A stretch of 62,164 nt of DNA, the filler included, from Trypethelium eluteriae (Eukaryota), in the NCBI GenBank assembly GCA_051942245.1. It is 4 parts of 4 records of this genome, joined end to end, with 100 filler letters (N's around TTAATTAATTAA, not from the genome) between each part and the next. Parts side by side here need not be neighbours in the genome. Positions count along the whole stretch, not along the records: positions 46,744 to 62,164 come from JAVECL010000650.1; 3 more parts are not named here. One strand, 5' to 3'. The notes beneath the pieces are model-generated. The model did not search any database and had not been told where the DNA came from. It was given only the letters and a program-made list of their open reading frames with translations. Below, in pieces: positions 60,021 to 62,164 of the stretch. How positions within the stretch are numbered: position 1 is the first letter of the stretch; each line of letters begins with the position of its first letter. The translations under genes and the position numbers were made by a program.

Positions 60021-62164
60021 ATGCCACAATTGAACGGTTTCTCCCAACAATCGAGCTCTTTGGATTCAGGTATGAAATCTGATGCTTTCCTGGTACATAG
60101 CCTAATTGAGTCTCATAGTCGACTACAATCCACTCGACCATTTGAATGCTATCTTTTCCCATCCTTCTACGCTATCCTCCATATCACAAACCTCCGACGC
60201 CCTTCAATCTTACCAGAATGACCTCGACGATGAGATTGCGGAACAGCTCGAAATCCAGGCCGCTTCCGATGTCGACAGTGTGCAACGCATACAAGCCGCC
60301 AAAGCAGAGCTTACGGACTTGTTCAAGCGGGTCGAAAGTGTCAGAGAGAGGGCAATACAGACGGAGCAGGCAATCACAGAGATGACGGCGGACATAAAGC
60401 GCCTCGATGGCACAAAGCGGAACCTCACGTTATCTATGACAGCTTTGAAACGTCTCCAGATGCTGACGACTGCGTACGAGCAACTGCGGGGATTAATCAA
60501 GACGAGACAATATGAGGAATGCGCGCAATTGGTGCAGGCGGTCATTCAGCTTATGGCTCATTTCAAGAGTTACAGGTCCATTGATCAAATCGCAACTCTG
60601 AGTAGGAACGTAGCTGAGCTTCAGAGGGAACTGTTGGAGCAGGTTTGCGAAGACTTTGAGGTTACGTTCGCAAAGGGAGAAGTTACTCAGAGAAGGGGAA
60701 TGCTCTCAGAAGCCTGCCATGCCATGGATGCTCTTGGGGACGAAGCTCGTCATCGACTTGTCAATTGGTATTGCAATAACCAGTTGCGCGAATACCGTCA
60801 AATCTTCCGAGGAAACGAAGAGGCCGGGTCATTGGACAACATCTCGCGTAGATACTCATGGTTCAACAGGATGTTGAGGACGTACGATACGGAGCATGCT
60901 ACCATATTCCCAGCTCACTGGAGAGTCAACGAACGACTTGCCGATACCTTTTGCGAGGGTACCCGGGAGGACTACAAGGGCATTCTCCAAAGTTTAATGA
61001 GGAGGACTGACGGCAAACCGCCGGATGTGAACCTATTGCTATCTTGCCTCCAGGAGACGTTGGATTTCGAGCATAGTTTGGAGAGGCGGTTTGCGATTGA
61101 TGTGAGCTCAGTATCGCAAACTTAAGGACTTGGCTACCTTACTAATTGGTGTTTAGTCACGCTCGTCTGTTGATACTATAGGTTCCTCTAAAGATGAAAA
61201 GAGTCATACCTTCGGACAAGCTATCTCGGAAGCATTTGAACCTTTCCTTAGCGTCTGGGTAGAGTCGCAGGATAAGTATGAGGTTTCTCTCATTGTCTAT
61301 CAAGCCAAATGACTTATTGGCCACAGACATCTATCTACGTTAATGCCTAAATATCGATCGCAACCTCTGCGCAGTCCAGACGAAGAATTCTCCAGTCAGT
61401 TGGTGATTCCGTCATCCACAGAGTTGTTTCACTCATACCGCATCACATTGGCGCAGTGTGCAAAGCTATCAACGGGGGACAGACTCCTCGAGCTTACCAA
61501 GACTTTTGCCAAATACCTCGACCAGTACAGTCAACAAGTGCTCTTCTACTTCCTCAGCGAGAAGCCTGGCACCCAAGGCCCCTCCATCGAAGACGCCGTC
61601 CTTATCATGAACACAGCTGATTATTGCTATACGACGGTCAACCAGTTAGAAGAGCGCATCAAAGCTCGTATAGATGCCGAATTGCGCGAAAGCGTTGATC
61701 TCCAATCCCAAGCCGACGCCTTTATGGGCATCGCCAGTGCTGCCGTCCGCACGCTCGTCCGTAAAGCCGAGCTCGATAGCGAGCAATCATGGCGCGAAAT
61801 GCGTCAGATCCCCTGGAGCAAGCTCTCTTCCGTAGGCGACTCGTCCTCCTACGTCACCGACCTTCTCGCCCGGCTGAAGAGCCGCACGCGCGACGTCCTC
61901 GCATACCTCCCCGCCAAACCACAGTACGCCCGCGCCTTCTGCGACAACCTCGTCGACGCCGTCGCCAACGCCTACCTCGCGAATCTCGTCGCCAGCCGGC
62001 CCATCTCCGAGGTCGGCGCGGAGCAGATGCTGCTGGACTCGTACGTCCTGAAGAAGGGCCTCGCCGACCTCCCTATCCTCAACGTCGCCGCCGCTGACGA
62101 CTCCTCCACTCCTCCTCCTCCTACTACCACCACTACTACCACGACCAGCAACCCAAACAACCCC
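60021..62164 (+). CDS. VPS53: GARP complex subunit Vps53 (runs off the window end)
   Basis: DYNPLDHLNAIFSHPSTL, ADIKRLDGTKRNLTLSMTALKRLQMLTTAYEQL, EAGSLDNISRRYSWF, later NTADYCY and ISEVGAEQMLLD. Three introns. Confidence 0.95.

Overview
This is intron-rich genomic DNA from a filamentous ascomycete (Pezizomycotina). It consists of four contigs joined by three artificial 100-nt linkers (44 N + TTAATTAATTAA + 44 N). Contigs 2-4 (15635-62164) are mostly housekeeping genes: MIC60 (partial), SAC1, a Rab5/Ypt52, RCF1, ILV1, ERG9, eIF4E, a DnaJ-X protein, MCC alpha, an MFS sugar porter, GYP2/MDR1 (partial), PFA4 (partial), a Sel1-repeat Nif1/Dsf2-like protein, a DUF1776 protein, WSS1, YTH1, a GH18 chitinase and VPS53 (partial). 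They also carry one ankyrin protein with a HeLo-like/SesA-like N-terminus. Contig 1 (1-15534) looks accessory: a divergent Zn2Cys6 TF + RTA1 pair, a GPR1/FUN34 transporter and a degenerate pepsin-like membrane protein. Its most notable feature is a ~5 kb island with RIP-like AT-rich flanks holding two intact co-oriented genes, a predicted PD-(D/E)xK-type nuclease and a divergent casein kinase 1. I propose this as a candidate two-gene nuclease/kinase (toxin-antidote or drive-like) module; that function is inference only. A second unexplained pattern is a recurrent, strand-symmetric switch from a C-rich to a G-rich tract inside about ten genes. All gene models were spliced by eye and family calls come from motif recognition, not database searches.
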